From Desulfurella sp. (lineage in GTDB: Bacteria > Campylobacterota_A > Desulfurellia > Desulfurellales > Desulfurellaceae), in assembly GCA_031960885.1 (NCBI GenBank), contig JAVRLY010000004.1, positions 1 through 37,875 on the forward strand: 37,875 nucleotides of DNA, in the 5' to 3' direction. Shown in pieces: positions 36,264 to 37,875 of this stretch; position 1 is the first letter of the stretch, and every line of letters begins with the position of its first letter. The notes under the pieces were generated by a model. It was not told where the DNA came from. It ran no database searches and saw only the letters and a list, made by a program, of their open reading frames with translations. The translations under genes and the position numbers were made by a program.

Positions 36264-37682
36264 TTACAATCTAAAAAGCTTGCTGGCTATTTTCTTTAAA
36301 ATGGAATGCTCTTGAATTCTACCCATCATCCAATCTTCACATACCATTTTATTTAACATTGATAACGTTGGAAAAACATGCTGAGTCATTAAGATATCGA
36401 GCATTGAATGTTTAAACTGCATAGCTAAAATCCACTCATGAATCATTTCACTTGCATTCTCACCAACAATAGTAACGCCAAAAATTTTACCTTTTTTGTT
36501 GGTTATAACTTTTATAAAACCTTCTGTTGAGTTATCTACAATAGCCCTGCCATAACTTGCATAATCTTTTTTTACAACAACAACATCTAATCCATTTTTT
36601 ATTGCTGCTTCTTCAGTTAACCCTACACTTGCTACTTCTGGCGTTGTAAATACAGACCATGGTATTAAGTATTTATCGTACCTAATTTTATAAGGCAGTG
36701 GGTTAATAGCATTCATTAGTGCAATCATACCTTGATGCATAGCTGAATGCGAAAAATTTGATATGCCATTGCAATCACCTATTGCATATATGTGTTTAAT
36801 ATTTGTTCTAAGCCACTTATCAACAACAATGCCTTTTTTGTTGTATTTTATGCCCACTCTATCCAAATTTAACTTTTCAAGATTAGGTTTTCTTCCTGTT
36901 GCAATGAGTATTTTATCGCTTTCAAGCAAACAAGAATTTGTTTCTACAATTACTTTATCATTTTTTCTAAAAATGCGCTTTATTAACTCTTTGTTAAATA
37001 CACTTATATTTTCTTTTTTAAATCTTTCTTCTAATACAGATGCAGCTTGGGTATCGGCAAACGGCAATAGATGCTCATCGATATGCACAATATTTACACT
37101 ACTACCCAGTCGTGCAAAACTTTGAGCCATTTCGCAACCTATAGCGCCTCCCCCAATAATGGTTATACTTTTGGGTATGCTATCTTGCAAAAACAAATTC
37201 TCATTCGTCAGCCTAAGTGATGAATCAATTTCATCTAATCCTTCTATATCTGGTATAAAAGGACTTGTGCCTGTTGCTATAAATATTTTCTTTGCCTTAT
37301 ATACATCTTTGCCCACCCGTATTGAATGTAGATCTACAAACTCCGCATGACCCTTATTTATAATTAACTCAACTCTATCAAAAGCTTGCATTAATTTATT
37401 GCCACTTATACGTTTTACCTTTTGTCTTACAATATCAAGCGATTTGTAAGGATCTGTAAAAATGTTTGAATCAATACCAAATTTTTGCAAATTGTGTGAA
37501 ATCTGGTTTACTTGAGCTGTTTTCAACAGTGCTTTGCTAGGTATGCAACCACAATTTAAGCACTCGCCTCCAACTTTATATTCTTCAATGGCAATCACGT
37601 TAAGACCCATAGCACTTGCAATAGCTGATGCTGCCATACCAGCTGGGCCCATGCCAATAACAATTAAATCGTAATCTTTCAA
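36264..37682 (-). CDS. class I pyridine nucleotide-disulfide oxidoreductase (MerA/LpdA-like, substrate unknown)
   Basis: IGMGPAG, GGECLNCGCIPSK, IATGT, IGGGAIGCE, ATGRKPN, YAIGD, FTTPE, HVFPTLS. TTG start at 37682 follows a GGAGG RBS. Confidence 0.9.
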   Translation of the reverse strand: MKDYDLIVIGMGPAGMAASAIASAMGLNVIAIEEYKVGGECLNCGCIPSKALLKTAQVNQISHNLQKFGIDSNIFTDPYKSLDIVRQKVKRISGNKLMQAFDRVELIINKGHAEFVDLHSIRVGKDVYKAKKIFIATGTSPFIPDIEGLDEIDSSLRLTNENLFLQDSIPKSITIIGGGAIGCEMAQSFARLGSSVNIVHIDEHLLPFADTQAASVLEERFKKENISVFNKELIKRIFRKNDKVIVETNSCLLESDKILIATGRKPNLEKLNLDRVGIKYNKKGIVVDKWLRTNIKHIYAIGDCNGISNFSHSAMHQGMIALMNAINPLPYKIRYDKYLIPWSVFTTPEVASVGLTEEAAIKNGLDVVVVKKDYASYGRAIVDNSTEGFIKVITNKKGKIFGVTIVGENASEMIHEWILAMQFKHSMLDILMTQHVFPTLSMLNKMVCEDWMMGRIQEHSILKKIASKLFRL

Positions 37683-37715
37683 TCTTCGCCTCCACATGAG
37701 AACTAATACGATACC

Positions 37716-37744
37716 AATATAATAACTTTTATATCAAAAGTCAA
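37716..37744 (-). promoter_or_regulatory. sigma70 promoter of the flavoprotein gene
   Basis: TTGACT (37744-37739), 17 nt, TATATT (37721-37716). Confidence 0.65.
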
Positions 37745-37750
37745 TGCACG

Positions 37751-37805
37751 ATTTACACTACATTTACAATTGATTTAAACTGTATTTACATTAATGCCAT
37801 AGTAT
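37751..37805 (+). promoter_or_regulatory. four-box OmpR/PhoB-type operator with -10 element (activator-dependent promoter)
   Basis: ATTTACA 37751, ATTTACA 37762, ATTTAAA 37773, ATTTACA 37784 (exact 11-bp period), then TAGTAT 37800-37805 with no good -35. Confidence 0.75.
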
Positions 37806-37839
37806 TCAAAATGAAAAATTATGTTTAAGGAGGTCTTTT

Positions 37840-37875
37840 ATGAAAAAGACATTTGTTTCTCTTGCGCTCGCAGCA
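37840..37875 (+). CDS. 5' end of a probably exported protein (partial)
   Basis: AAGGAGG RBS, then MKKTFVSLALAA, a typical signal-peptide start; runs off the window. Confidence 0.7.
   Translation, partial: MKKTFVSLALAA

Noticed and set aside
421..37350. Many short ORFs in the track lying antisense to or overlapping long genes (e.g. 2090-2614, 3949-4476, 12759-13169, 22355-22723, 36763-37125)
   Set aside because: They are shadows of well-supported CDSs, with no recognisable motifs.
36264..37682. Mercuric reductase merA / mer operon
   Set aside because: No C-terminal CC pair and no merR/T/P nearby.
37751..37790. Repeats as CRISPR, iterons or DnaA boxes
   Set aside because: The units are 7 bp at an 11-bp period with no spacers and do not match TTATCCACA; a transcription-factor site fits better.
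1..37875. Mobile elements, prophage, defence systems, RNA genes, riboswitches
   Set aside because: No transposase, integrase, phage or defence motifs were recognised; intergenic gaps are short and AT-rich with no structured-RNA signature visible by eye. An Infernal/Rfam scan would be needed to exclude small RNAs.

Overview
Low-GC, very gene-dense bacterial chromosome segment. Gene content and style (FliM plus an epsilon-type FliY, PseC, NfnAB, Aquifex-type aconitase, DsrE-like protein, family-4 UDG, short HisG) suggest a flagellated anaerobe of the Campylobacterota/Desulfurellia group such as Desulfurella; this is an inference, not a database match. About 37 CDSs, mostly housekeeping and metabolic: chemoreceptor, glycerate kinase, cupin, aldo/keto reductase, a frameshifted DUF169-like gene, an Nramp-like transporter, a recG-nitrilase-mog-nfeD-slipin unit, CoA-transferase, nitroreductase, GH57-der, aconitase-DsrE, a 14-gene tightly coupled cheB..ruvB run including nfnAB, pseC, and a regulatory module (Crp/Fnr, small exported 2-Cys protein, OmpR-family two-component system, MerA-like flavoprotein). 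No rRNA, tRNA, CRISPR array, transposase, integrase or phage gene was recognised. Best leads: (1) 11-bp-periodic TTTACA boxes both upstream of the two-component operon and upstream of an exported-protein gene at the window end, which predicts a local regulon; (2) a chemoreceptor with its sensor domain at the C-terminus, co-transcribed with glycerate kinase; (3) a terminator-bounded aconitase + DsrE-like (CxxC) operon; (4) interlocked divergent promoters for aconitase and the motility/housekeeping run; (5) several leaderless-mRNA candidates; (6) an Nramp with a hybrid metal-binding signature.
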